Source of the DNA: an uncultured virus (IMG/VR IMGVR_UViG_3300030102_007457)
Taxonomy: Duplodnaviria > Heunggongvirae > Uroviricota > Caudoviricetes
Length of the DNA: 20,000 nt
Reading direction: 5' to 3' (one strand)
Virus record (IMG/VR): IMGVR_UViG_3300030102_007457
How positions within the stretch are numbered: position 1 is the first letter of the stretch; each line of letters opens with the position of its first letter. Positions 1 through 7,821 of the stretch are shown one piece after another. The position numbers were made by a program, and so were the translations under genes. The notes under the pieces are model-generated. The model was not told the origin of the DNA. It ran no database searches and saw only the letters and a program-made list of their open reading frames with translations.

Positions 1-1
1 T

Positions 2-2122
2 GATGGCTCATCATCCGATGGCCCCGGATTCCAAATCAGGCTTGAGTCAACAAACGACCACAATGGAGCCAACTACGAGGTTGCCATAATAGGAGATGGT
101 GGAGGACAAAGAAAGAAGAACATCTTCGGAAACTACGGTTTCCATGAGTATTGGCTCGCTGGCAACGCTGATGGAAAGAAGCCGATAGCGTATCTGAAAG
201 CAGATGGTAGCACAAGTGCGGGTGCAACCCAATACGGTGTGTTCCGCCTCTTATCCACGGCTACTGCTTGGGCAGCAAACAACTTCAACCCAAGTGGAGA
301 GACAACTGCATTACAACTCAATGCAGGTGGAAACTCATACTTCAATGGTGGAAATGTCGGTATAGGCACTGCGAGTCCAACTGGTGTTTTGCATGTCACT
401 GCTGCCGATACTTCGGCAGAGGCATTCCGTGTCGATATAACAGATAGTGACAGCACTGCTGACTCCACGCCATTCGTTGTTGATGGTAATGGAAGGGTCG
501 GCATAGGCACTGCATCCCCCGATACTGGGGCAGCCCTTACGCTCAATGGCGATGGAACTTCATATGAGGGATTAGTGTTCCAAGTTGCAGGTTCAAAGAA
601 ATTCACAATGTCTTCAGACGGTTCTGCCTTTTACATGGACAGTTCGATAAATACAGGCAACGTCAATATGAGAGTAAGGGACTCAGGTGGAAATCTAAGA
701 CCTGTTTTGGGATTAGAGGGCGATGGTTTCAGAACAGCAATCGGACACAACGGAACAAGCGGCTCTAGCCTCAGTCCTCAAAACACATTACAAGTCAACG
801 TAGGTGACGAGAATGGAGTTCAAGACAAGGACGATGGTATTCTTCTTCTCAATAGCGACCTCTCAATCGCAGCGAATGATATGATTGGTGGTATAGGTTT
901 CGCCACTAGAGATGGAAACATACCAAGCAGCGTCAGAGAAGCAGCATGTGCGATTGTCGCTAGAGCGAGGGAAGACCACACTACTACCGAGAAGGGGGGA
1001 TACATGGAGTTCTTATATTCACCAGCGGGCAAGGATGATGATACAGTCAGCAGCATCGGCATGACACTCATTGAAGGTAAGTTAGCCGTCAACAACGGTG
1101 GGTTGCATCCATTGACCACGATGACGCTATATCATAGTGGCTCGGACTTCAATGACGGTCTTACTATCATAAGAAATGACACAAGTGTCTCTGATGGCGA
1201 TTTGCTTGGAGCGATTGGTTTTGATGCTAAGGATGGCAATGCTCCCTCAAGAGCGACAGAGGCATCTGCTGGTATTGCTGCTTTTGCTGCTGAAGACCAC
1301 AGCACAGGTGACAAGGGTGGAGACTTGGCATTCTTCACATCACCCATTGACCAAGATGATGATACTGCTTCTGTTGAGAGAATGAGAATAACATCTGAGG
1401 GTAAGGTCATTATCGGTGATACTCCAAATTTCACTTCACAGCATGATAGTATATCTAAATTCACAATCCAAGGAACAGATGCGGGAATGCTCATAGAGAA
1501 GCACGATGATTCTGCAAGTGGTGGGCCTACTCTTTCACTTTACAGATACTCAGCATCAGAGGCCGATGGTGACTTGATTGGGCAGATAAACTTCAGAGGT
1601 GAGGGGTCAACAGGAAACCCATCAACATACATGGCTATCAGAACTGAGATAGAAGACACAACTGAGGGAACGAAAGACGGTTCATTGATTATTAGAGGAT
1701 TGGTTAACAACTCACAAACTGATTTTGCTGAGATAAACTCAGCAGGTCTTACGCTAAATCAAGGGGCATACAACACAGGCAATGTATCTAAAGATGCTAA
1801 TACAGTATCAGGTTCTAGTTTGGCTGATGGAAGTTCTGTGACGTTATTCACTGTTCCAGCGACAACAAGAGGATTCAAAGCGACTATATTCTTCAAGGAC
1901 ACAAGCAACACCGAGTATCAGATAGAGGAAATAATGGGATATAATACAGGTTCAGGTGTTGACTTCACATCATTCGGTCAAGTCTTCAGCGGTGCTGCTG
2001 CTATCGGTTCCTTGGATGCCACAGACAGCAGCGGCACAACTCTAATTAAATTCACAAATGGTCAAGGAGGCGCGATTAACTATCAAGCGACCATTAGTGT
2101 GACACATATGGACTTAAGTTGA
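2..2122 (+). CDS. Tail-fibre/virion structural repeat protein, 5'-truncated by the window
   Basis: Frame 2 is open from nt 2 (DGSSSDGPGFQIRLES...), so the 239 start in the track is internal. G/S/T/D-rich, with two G(N/R)VGIGTASP motifs typical of marine virus tail fibres, three ~70-100 aa internal repeats, and a C-terminal beta domain (KATIFFKD...YQIEEIM...FTSFGQV) like those in marine phage virion proteins. A tail chaperone lies two genes downstream. Confidence 0.75.
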   Translation, partial: DGSSSDGPGFQIRLESTNDHNGANYEVAIIGDGGGQRKKNIFGNYGFHEYWLAGNADGKKPIAYLKADGSTSAGATQYGVFRLLSTATAWAANNFNPSGETTALQLNAGGNSYFNGGNVGIGTASPTGVLHVTAADTSAEAFRVDITDSDSTADSTPFVVDGNGRVGIGTASPDTGAALTLNGDGTSYEGLVFQVAGSKKFTMSSDGSAFYMDSSINTGNVNMRVRDSGGNLRPVLGLEGDGFRTAIGHNGTSGSSLSPQNTLQVNVGDENGVQDKDDGILLLNSDLSIAANDMIGGIGFATRDGNIPSSVREAACAIVARAREDHTTTEKGGYMEFLYSPAGKDDDTVSSIGMTLIEGKLAVNNGGLHPLTTMTLYHSGSDFNDGLTIIRNDTSVSDGDLLGAIGFDAKDGNAPSRATEASAGIAAFAAEDHSTGDKGGDLAFFTSPIDQDDDTASVERMRITSEGKVIIGDTPNFTSQHDSISKFTIQGTDAGMLIEKHDDSASGGPTLSLYRYSASEADGDLIGQINFRGEGSTGNPSTYMAIRTEIEDTTEGTKDGSLIIRGLVNNSQTDFAEINSAGLTLNQGAYNTGNVSKDANTVSGSSLADGSSVTLFTVPATTRGFKATIFFKDTSNTEYQIEEIMGYNTGSGVDFTSFGQVFSGAAAIGSLDATDSSGTTLIKFTNGQGGAINYQATISVTHMDLS
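830..1700 (+). repeat. Three degenerate protein-level repeats within the tail-fibre gene
   Basis: DMIGGIGFATRDGNIPS..EDHTTTEKGG..SPAGKDDDT (~830-1045); DLLGAIGFDAKDGNAPS..EDHSTGDKGG..SPIDQDDDT (~1150-1370); DLIGQINFRGEGSTGNPS..EDTTEGTKDG (~1520-1700). Confidence 0.8.
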
Positions 2123-2127
2123 GGTGA
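2121..2127 (+). promoter_or_regulatory. Archaeal-type Shine-Dalgarno GAGGTGA
   Basis: GAGGTGA ends 4 nt before the ATG at 2132; the same motif precedes - strand genes at 6373-6378 and 15679-15685. Confidence 0.75.
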
Positions 2128-2131
2128 TTGA

Positions 2132-2872
2132 ATGGGAAGACAGCCTTTTAGACAGATGAAAACAAATGCAACAGCCAAATCAGCAGATGAGTCTGCAAGT
2201 GTGACATTACCGGGTCATGGAGTGAACATAAGCAGAACACCTGATTCAAATGTCTCAAGCATACAAAATGCCATGATACCAGTGTCGCCGGTAAGTGGAA
2301 CAAACAGTTTCGGGTCCACTGACTTCTTCTATTTCGCTAGAAGAATTTGGTTTGTCCCAATGTATTCAGCGTGTGGTGGGGTTATTGAGCATCTGATACC
2401 ATACAGCGCAGGTGAGAATGGTGTTGCAGATACAGATGACTGGAAGTTTGCCATATACGATAATGGCAATGATGGATTACCTAAGACATTGATATCGAAT
2501 ACAATGCAATGGACTCCCGATAGCAGTTACAACCCGACCTATCTCGATGTCACTAACACAAGTGGTGGAGAACTGACTCTAGATGCAGACAGATGGTACT
2601 GGTGGGCTGCTTTGGGTGCAAGTACCAGCAATGGAGGTAATATCCCAATGGGTTCTTATTCCATGAATCGCGGTTATCAAACACAAGTCCCTTGTGCAAG
2701 CGGAACACCATTTGGGGTATTATATTGGAGTGCAGGAAGTCGGACATCATTCGATACACCGTTGAATATGGTTGCCAACAGCACTGAGTTCAGGTCAATG
2801 AGCGAGAACAACACACCTCGTTGGTTCTTCCAATACAAGATAGAGAGCGATTTCGGATTCAAGGGAGCGTGA
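2132..2872 (+). CDS. Hypothetical virion/tail-associated protein (beta-rich)
   Basis: 246-aa ORF with a strong SD, between the tail-fibre and chaperone genes; aromatic-rich (RWYWWAAL, WKFAIYDN). Function inferred from context only. Confidence 0.6.
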   Translation: MGRQPFRQMKTNATAKSADESASVTLPGHGVNISRTPDSNVSSIQNAMIPVSPVSGTNSFGSTDFFYFARRIWFVPMYSACGGVIEHLIPYSAGENGVADTDDWKFAIYDNGNDGLPKTLISNTMQWTPDSSYNPTYLDVTNTSGGELTLDADRWYWWAALGASTSNGGNIPMGSYSMNRGYQTQVPCASGTPFGVLYWSAGSRTSFDTPLNMVANSTEFRSMSENNTPRWFFQYKIESDFGFKGA

Positions 2873-2876
2873 TAGT

Positions 2877-3155
2877 ATGCCGGGTAGAGAGTGGTTCTTA
2901 CAGCAGAAGAAGGATGAGAACGGCGAGTGGCAATTCACTAGGGTTCTCACAGAGGAAGAGGCTAGAGAGCAACTTAGAATGATAAGACAGAGTTTCTTGG
3001 AAGAGACTGACATGTGGACATACATGGATAGATGGAATTCATTGACCGATGCTCAACAAGCAGAATTAACAACATACAGACAAGCATTGAGGGATATACC
3101 ATCATGTGATGACCCGTTCAATCCACCATTTCCAAGTAAGCCAAGTTGGGTATGA
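2877..3155 (+). CDS. Phage tail (fibre) assembly chaperone-like protein
   Basis: Signature LR.IR..FL.ETD.W......LT..Q..EL..YRQALRDIP......FP.KP of small tail-assembly chaperone families. Confidence 0.8.
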   Translation: MPGREWFLQQKKDENGEWQFTRVLTEEEAREQLRMIRQSFLEETDMWTYMDRWNSLTDAQQAELTTYRQALRDIPSCDDPFNPPFPSKPSWV

Positions 3156-3172
3156 TTAACAACCCACACCTG

Positions 3173-3370
3173 CTAATAAAGGTCATGACGATTGAACACA
3201 TGCATCTGTATCATTATGCAAATAAACACAATGTTGGTGTAGAGTATTAGCAGACTCTTCAGGTCAACTCCCTGCTGCGTCACGAATGAAGTCATGACGA
3301 TAGTATATGCTATCAGAACCGATGCTATCAGAAAAGTACCTATTGAATGCTGAGCATTGCTGAGTCCCAT
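3173..3370 (-). CDS. Small membrane protein with two predicted TM helices
   Basis: 65 aa with hydrophobic stretches IGTFLIASVLIAYTIVMTSFV and LLILYTNIVFICIMI; its ATG overlaps the stop of the upstream 40-aa ORF (TAATG). Confidence 0.6.
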   Translation of the reverse strand: MGLSNAQHSIGTFLIASVLIAYTIVMTSFVTQQGVDLKSLLILYTNIVFICIMIQMHVFNRHDLY

Positions 3371-3492
3371 TACTTCATCCTCAGAAGCGTCATCAAGACA
3401 GTCATGAAACGATTTGTGCGTGGTTGCTCTATGTGTATATCTTCCATAGTCTCACTAGCCCACTCATTGAACCACTGGCAGTTTCTCTCCAT
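3370..3492 (-). CDS. 40-aa hypothetical peptide (not in ORF track)
   Basis: Manual translation MERNCQWFNEWASETMEDIHIEQPRTNRFMTVLMTLLRMK*; TAATG coupling to the next gene; AT-rich TATA-like box ~24-31 nt upstream of the ATG. Confidence 0.6.
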   Translation of the reverse strand: MERNCQWFNEWASETMEDIHIEQPRTNRFMTVLMTLLRMK

Positions 3493-3515
3493 AGTGTAGT
3501 TTCTGCACCGGCTTG

Positions 3516-3531
3516 TAAATTAACATTGTGT
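3516..3531 (-). promoter_or_regulatory. Putative archaeal BRE/TATA promoter for a leaderless transcript
   Basis: - strand ACACAATG-TTAATTTA, with the TATA-like box ~24-31 nt upstream of ATG 3492. Confidence 0.4.
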
Positions 3532-3536
3532 ATAGA

Positions 3537-3630
3537 AGGGAGGAAAACGGAGTGTGGCGAAAGAGATTCCACATTGTGTGTAGGATGCATGAATAGAAGC
3601 AATCCCCGTTTTTACTACACAAACCTCCCT
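3537..3630. ncRNA. Candidate structured RNA/DNA element (three-way junction plus possible pseudoknot)
   Basis: Complementary segments 3537-3543/3624-3630, 3544-3550/3606-3612, 3551-3557/3569-3575, 3583-3588/3599-3605 and crossing pair 3577-3582/3616-3621, all in the longest intergenic region of the window. Confidence 0.45.
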
Positions 3631-3669
3631 GTTGACACCATAACTATTTTGCACGTAGCCAATGATGCC

Positions 3670-3843
3670 TCAAGTCTGACTTCTGAACGCTGAGTCTTTC
3701 CATATGTGACCGCACTCCTTGCACTCCCACAGGTACACTCGTCGCTTTGAACCATTCTGATAACGACCAGACAGACGGTGCGGTATGTGCTTGTGACCGC
3801 AGCCACGGCACGACACGCGCAACTTGTCCATCAGCCGTCCCAT
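3670..3843 (-). CDS. 57-aa zinc-ribbon protein resembling the TFS/TFIIS C-terminal ribbon (not in ORF track)
   Basis: MGRLMDKLRVSCRGCGHKHIPHRLSGRYQNGSKRRVYLWECKECGHIWKDSAFRSQT*: C-x2-C-x25-C-x2-C-GHxW; ATG overlaps the chaperonin stop (TAATG). Confidence 0.75.
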   Translation of the reverse strand: MGRLMDKLRVSCRGCGHKHIPHRLSGRYQNGSKRRVYLWECKECGHIWKDSAFRSQT

Positions 3844-5345
3844 TACTCGACAGGCCTCCTGCTCACGATGTCATCTATGCGAAGTATCGCTGTGGTGACC
3901 TCGGTGGCACTGAGGACAGCCTGCCTGATGAGCATGCTGGGCTCGAAGACCTCCTCATCCTTCATGTCGATGATACCACCGTCATTCACGTCGGGGCCGT
4001 AGTTCAATGAATCGTTCTGCACCTTGTTCCTCATAGCGAGTACGATGTCGAGCGGGTCGAATCCAGCATTCTCTGCCACTGTAGCAGGTATAATCTCCAG
4101 AGCATCGGCGAAAGCCTCGATTGCCATCTGAGCCCTGCCTCCTATAGTGGCAGCGTGATTCCTCAAGTGAGCGGCCATGGCAACGTAACTGGACCCTCCA
4201 CCACACACGACGCGGTTAGTGTCCTTGACTATCGACACCACACCCAGTGCGTCATCGAAGCCTCTCTCCACCTCGTCCAGTGTGGATTGCGTGGCACCTC
4301 GTAGAACGAGTGTCGACTGTTCGCTCTCAATACTACCAGCCACGAATAGATATTCGACGTCGTTGTGCCTCTGCTTGAGCAACTTGACGTGTGCTGATGA
4401 TTCAGCGTCGTCCACAGTCTGTGATATAGGTATACCAAGAGCAGATGAAAGAGCACGCATGGCGCTCTCAGGCAGTCTCCTGACCACACCGATGCCGTTC
4501 TTCTTCAGGAATGCGCAGACGTTGTCATGAACACCGTCCCTGACGAACACTACACCACGCCCACCCATTGCCGAGACTATCTTCTTGGCTTTGGTGAGCA
4601 GGTCGTCCTTGCCCGCTTGCTTGAACTTGCTATATGAAGCAGCATCTATCTGCACCTGCACATTGTCCTCTGACTTCTCCATCTCCAATCCTGTGTTGAT
4701 TAGTAGGGCACTGGTATCTTCATCATGGTCGTACTCCAGAACGAAGTCCTTGCTCATGATTACACCATTGAACAGATACGAGTCCTCGAGGCTGCCACCC
4801 GGCAGGCTGACGACCCTCACCTTGTCAGCATCACCAGCGCGTATGACCGCGTCAACGCACAGTTGACTGACTATGTCAGTAGCGGTCTCGAGCGTCTTGC
4901 CTGTTATAGCCGTCTTAGCAACGCTCTTGAGAGTCTCCTCAGCAGCATCGAAGGCAATCTTCTCCTCAAGATAGGTAGTAGCCATCTGAGCGGCTTCATG
5001 GTACCCCTTGCATACGACGTTGGGATGTAGCCCTTTCTGGAATAGATTCTCGCTGTTAGCCAGCAGTTGACCAGCAAGTACTACTGTGCTGGTAGTACCA
5101 TCGTAGCACAGGGCCTCCTGAGTCTTGGCTATTTCCACCATCATCTTGGCACCCGGATGAGCGACATCCAGTTCCCTCAGTATGGTGGCACCGTCGTTGG
5201 TGACTATGACATTACCCGCTCCGTCAACCATCATCTTGTCCATACCCATCGGACCGAGGGTGGACTTGCACGTCTCGACTATCGTCTTAGCAGCCCTGAT
5301 GTTGAGTTTCTGCGCTGTTGAGCGCTGCTCCTTGCTCTCGCTCAT
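3843..5345 (-). CDS. ths: Group II chaperonin (thermosome subunit)
   Basis: TLGPMGMDKM, VTNDGATIL, DGTTS, TLVLRG..LDEVERGFDDAL, GGG, FADALEIIP.TVAENAG, ATEV...ILRIDDIV. Confidence 0.97.
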   Translation of the reverse strand: MSESKEQRSTAQKLNIRAAKTIVETCKSTLGPMGMDKMMVDGAGNVIVTNDGATILRELDVAHPGAKMMVEIAKTQEALCYDGTTSTVVLAGQLLANSENLFQKGLHPNVVCKGYHEAAQMATTYLEEKIAFDAAEETLKSVAKTAITGKTLETATDIVSQLCVDAVIRAGDADKVRVVSLPGGSLEDSYLFNGVIMSKDFVLEYDHDEDTSALLINTGLEMEKSEDNVQVQIDAASYSKFKQAGKDDLLTKAKKIVSAMGGRGVVFVRDGVHDNVCAFLKKNGIGVVRRLPESAMRALSSALGIPISQTVDDAESSAHVKLLKQRHNDVEYLFVAGSIESEQSTLVLRGATQSTLDEVERGFDDALGVVSIVKDTNRVVCGGGSSYVAMAAHLRNHAATIGGRAQMAIEAFADALEIIPATVAENAGFDPLDIVLAMRNKVQNDSLNYGPDVNDGGIIDMKDEEVFEPSMLIRQAVLSATEVTTAILRIDDIVSRRPVE

Positions 5346-5596
5346 TGTTCATCCCTTACCTTGTAAGCGCCATCCTTGTACTCCTGCCAGAGTTTGGATA
5401 TCTCTGCGACGGGAGTGCCCTTGTGGTGCGAACGGAAGGCGCTCCATGATAGACCCTCGAGGTACTTGACGTTCCTCTCTTTCTGAATCTCCATCAAGGC
5501 CTTCTTCTCCTCCTCCGCTTTCTCAAGCAGGATGTCAATATCACTGCTTTTGTCTTTCTTTCTTCCGAATATTCTTCTCAACCATTTCAATATCAT
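5342..5596 (-). CDS. Hypothetical small basic/helical protein
   Basis: 84 aa, ATGA overlaps at both ends; amphipathic N-terminus MILKWLRRIFG, C-terminal WSAFRSHHKG..ISKLWQEYK. Confidence 0.7.
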   Translation of the reverse strand: MILKWLRRIFGRKKDKSSDIDILLEKAEEEKKALMEIQKERNVKYLEGLSWSAFRSHHKGTPVAEISKLWQEYKDGAYKVRDEQ

Positions 5597-5754
5597 TCTT
5601 CTTCATCTCCCTTATCATCCAAGTACGGCCATTTTATCTGCGTGGCGACCTTTGAAGCCACCATCTGTATATCGACCATGGAGTGTCCTTTCGTTATCAT
5701 GTTGAGGAGAAGGTGCAAAGCGCCCTTCAGTTTCCTCTCTTCCTGCTCATTCAT
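5593..5754 (-). CDS. 53-aa hypothetical protein (not in ORF track)
   Basis: MNEQEERKLKGALHLLLNMITKGHSMVDIQMVASKVATQIKWPYLDDKGDEEE*; GGTGA SD upstream, ATGA overlap with the next gene, fills the gap exactly. Confidence 0.7.
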   Translation of the reverse strand: MNEQEERKLKGALHLLLNMITKGHSMVDIQMVASKVATQIKWPYLDDKGDEEE

Positions 5755-5759
5755 CTCTT

Positions 5760-6368
5760 TCACCATTCAATTTCAATCTCCACCGTGTCTCCGGTTTCAA
5801 GTGAACGTGATTTGACAATGCCATACTCCTGCATGTACGCGTATAGGTCGTATGTGAGTTTGGCATCCTTGAGACAGTAGTCAGCCACCTCGTTGTACTT
5901 TCCCTCCTTCCAAGCGGATGGGGCCTCCACACTCTTCATGCTCTTGTCCATATCGAGCGTCTGTCGACACAGCATGGATAGGTCCGTGGCAACCTTACCG
6001 TGAAGCATAGAGGCCTTGTGCACGATGTTCTTGGTGTCTATTATTGACTCCTTCTTAGCCATCGCGTCACCTGCAGCCCAGCAGTCTAACGAGTCTCTTA
6101 TGACCGGTAGGTCAAAATTGAGAATATTATGGCCTAGTAGTTTTCCTCCCTTTTCGATATGTCCTGCTATGTGGTCCCCTACATCTCTAGGATGGAGGTC
6201 CAGACTATTCACACCGTCCAGTTCTATCTCCTGCTTGGAGAAGACAGTACCCTCGGTACCATCCCATGTCGCTATCACACTCGGTTGGAACAGTGTTCTG
6301 TTGTTCCACCCACCTATGTCATAGGAGTAATTCTCAGTCTCTATATCGAGTGATAGTATGTCAGTCAT
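5760..6368 (-). CDS. DEDDy 3'-5' exonuclease (DnaQ/RNase_H_2-like)
   Basis: ExoI LDIET, ExoII GHNILNFDLP, ExoIII YCLKD; start moved to ATG 6368, which has an AGGTGA SD. Confidence 0.85.
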   Translation of the reverse strand: MTDILSLDIETENYSYDIGGWNNRTLFQPSVIATWDGTEGTVFSKQEIELDGVNSLDLHPRDVGDHIAGHIEKGGKLLGHNILNFDLPVIRDSLDCWAAGDAMAKKESIIDTKNIVHKASMLHGKVATDLSMLCRQTLDMDKSMKSVEAPSAWKEGKYNEVADYCLKDAKLTYDLYAYMQEYGIVKSRSLETGDTVEIEIEW

Positions 6369-6399
6369 GGTATCACCTAACACTCCGTCAATCAAAGTC

Positions 6400-7797
6400 T
6401 TACTCTTTCTGTTCCTTGAGTTTCAGGTATACTACCTTCTTTTCCTTGGTCACCGCGAACATGTCCTTCGCGTACTTTGAGAAGTGATTCCAAGCAGTAC
6501 CACGAGTGACATTGGCCTGCTTCTCATATACCCTGAGCATGGCCTCTTTCCTTCTCCAGCCCTGCCCCCTGCTATCCTCGAAATCAACAGCATCGGTATT
6601 CTGGTAGGAAAGCGTGAACTTGTTCCTGTACTCGCTGACCTCGGTCTTCTTGAAACCGACTTCAACTTCGTCTTCCAACCACAGTATGAGATTCTTGGTG
6701 AGGTCGTACAGTATGTCCTTCGCCATGTCGACGTGGTCTCCTGTCACCTCCCATACACCTTCAATCATAGCCATATGAGTAGCGAATATCACGGTATAGT
6801 TCTCAACCGCTGGCATGAACGATGCTACAACCTCGCTGATACCGGGTGCCAAACCGTTCAGCAGTGTGTAGTAATCCTCTATGGCATCGTAACATGCGTT
6901 GTAGAAAGTGTCATCCGCTGAGAACATCTCATGCATGTGAGCCTGAATCAACTCCTCCTGCTGTGCTCTAGGCATTGACTCCCACTCCGTGAATGGTATC
7001 TCTGATAGATTGAGCAGTCTGTCGCGGAGCCTCTTGGTGAGGTTGTTGAAGTAGTCTGTGATTTGACTGTAGTTCACGCTGACCTTCGGCATCTTCTTGT
7101 AAGCCGAGTTCATTCTAAGCATACTGACATTCATTCTCTTCTCAGTGTTCCATTCTGCCCAATACAGAAGCACCCTCTGGAAGATACCCTTCGTAAGCAC
7201 ATAGTCCTTGACGCCCTTCGGGGGGAACGTGGTTATCCACATCGACACCAGAGACTCAGTCTCAATCCTACCAGCCTTGGTGTGCTTGACGAGCGTGTTG
7301 TTATTGCTGCCCACCGGGTTGCATGCTGATTGCAGGTACAGGACTGTCTCCTGACTATGCTTGTTAGGGCTGAGAATAATACTTCCCTCATCAAAGTTCA
7401 ATGCCTTACGTCCGTTCAGCAGTCCCTCCTTCAATGTCTGAATCTTCTCTCCATGCTCGTCCTCGCTCTCCTCCCATCCACCGATGAGAGCAGCGTCTGT
7501 ACCGGTGGTGTACATGTCAGTAGGTATGGATGAGTCACGTGCGACATCACCGACGAACTCCCATGCCACTGACTTGCCGGTCCTCGATGGTTGAATCCAG
7601 AATACGTGCACACGTGGGTCGAGGTGACTCGGTCCCCATGGAATCCTCACGAACGGCACTGCTGCCTGTCCCTGCAGGAAGAAGAACGACAGCATCCCCG
7701 GTATGTCGTTGTCTATCGACGTCTCTCTAAAGTGTTCCAGATAGCCTTGGAAGATGGGGAACTTCTTCACAGCCTCGTACTCAGTGTAATCTCTCAT
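6400..7797 (-). CDS. MCM-like AAA+ helicase lacking the N-terminal domain
   Basis: Walker A QPSRTGKS, TGTDAALIG (MCM h2i region), LKEGLL, Walker B LNFDEG, PS1BH-like HTKAGRI, Arg-finger IFQR; possible C-terminal winged helix. Confidence 0.7.
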   Translation of the reverse strand: MRDYTEYEAVKKFPIFQGYLEHFRETSIDNDIPGMLSFFFLQGQAAVPFVRIPWGPSHLDPRVHVFWIQPSRTGKSVAWEFVGDVARDSSIPTDMYTTGTDAALIGGWEESEDEHGEKIQTLKEGLLNGRKALNFDEGSIILSPNKHSQETVLYLQSACNPVGSNNNTLVKHTKAGRIETESLVSMWITTFPPKGVKDYVLTKGIFQRVLLYWAEWNTEKRMNVSMLRMNSAYKKMPKVSVNYSQITDYFNNLTKRLRDRLLNLSEIPFTEWESMPRAQQEELIQAHMHEMFSADDTFYNACYDAIEDYYTLLNGLAPGISEVVASFMPAVENYTVIFATHMAMIEGVWEVTGDHVDMAKDILYDLTKNLILWLEDEVEVGFKKTEVSEYRNKFTLSYQNTDAVDFEDSRGQGWRRKEAMLRVYEKQANVTRGTAWNHFSKYAKDMFAVTKEKKVVYLKLKEQKE

Positions 7798-7821
7798 ATT
7801 TTTGACCTCGTGAGAGACCCC

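Noticed and set aside
36..3025. - strand ORFs opposite the tail genes (e.g. 133-606, 1132-1494)
   Set aside because: Antisense shadows of the G/S/T-rich + strand structural genes.
3537..3630. Hammerhead ribozyme or tRNA identity for the structured element
   Set aside because: No CUGANGA/GAAA core at the junction on either strand, and no T-loop (TTCRA) or cloverleaf spacing.
3615..3806. 63-aa - strand ORF from the track (and + strand ORFs 3424-3693, 3747-4010)
   Set aside because: The alternative-frame ORF 3670-3843 has a coupled ATG and a clear four-Cys ribbon; the listed ORFs have no motif or start context.
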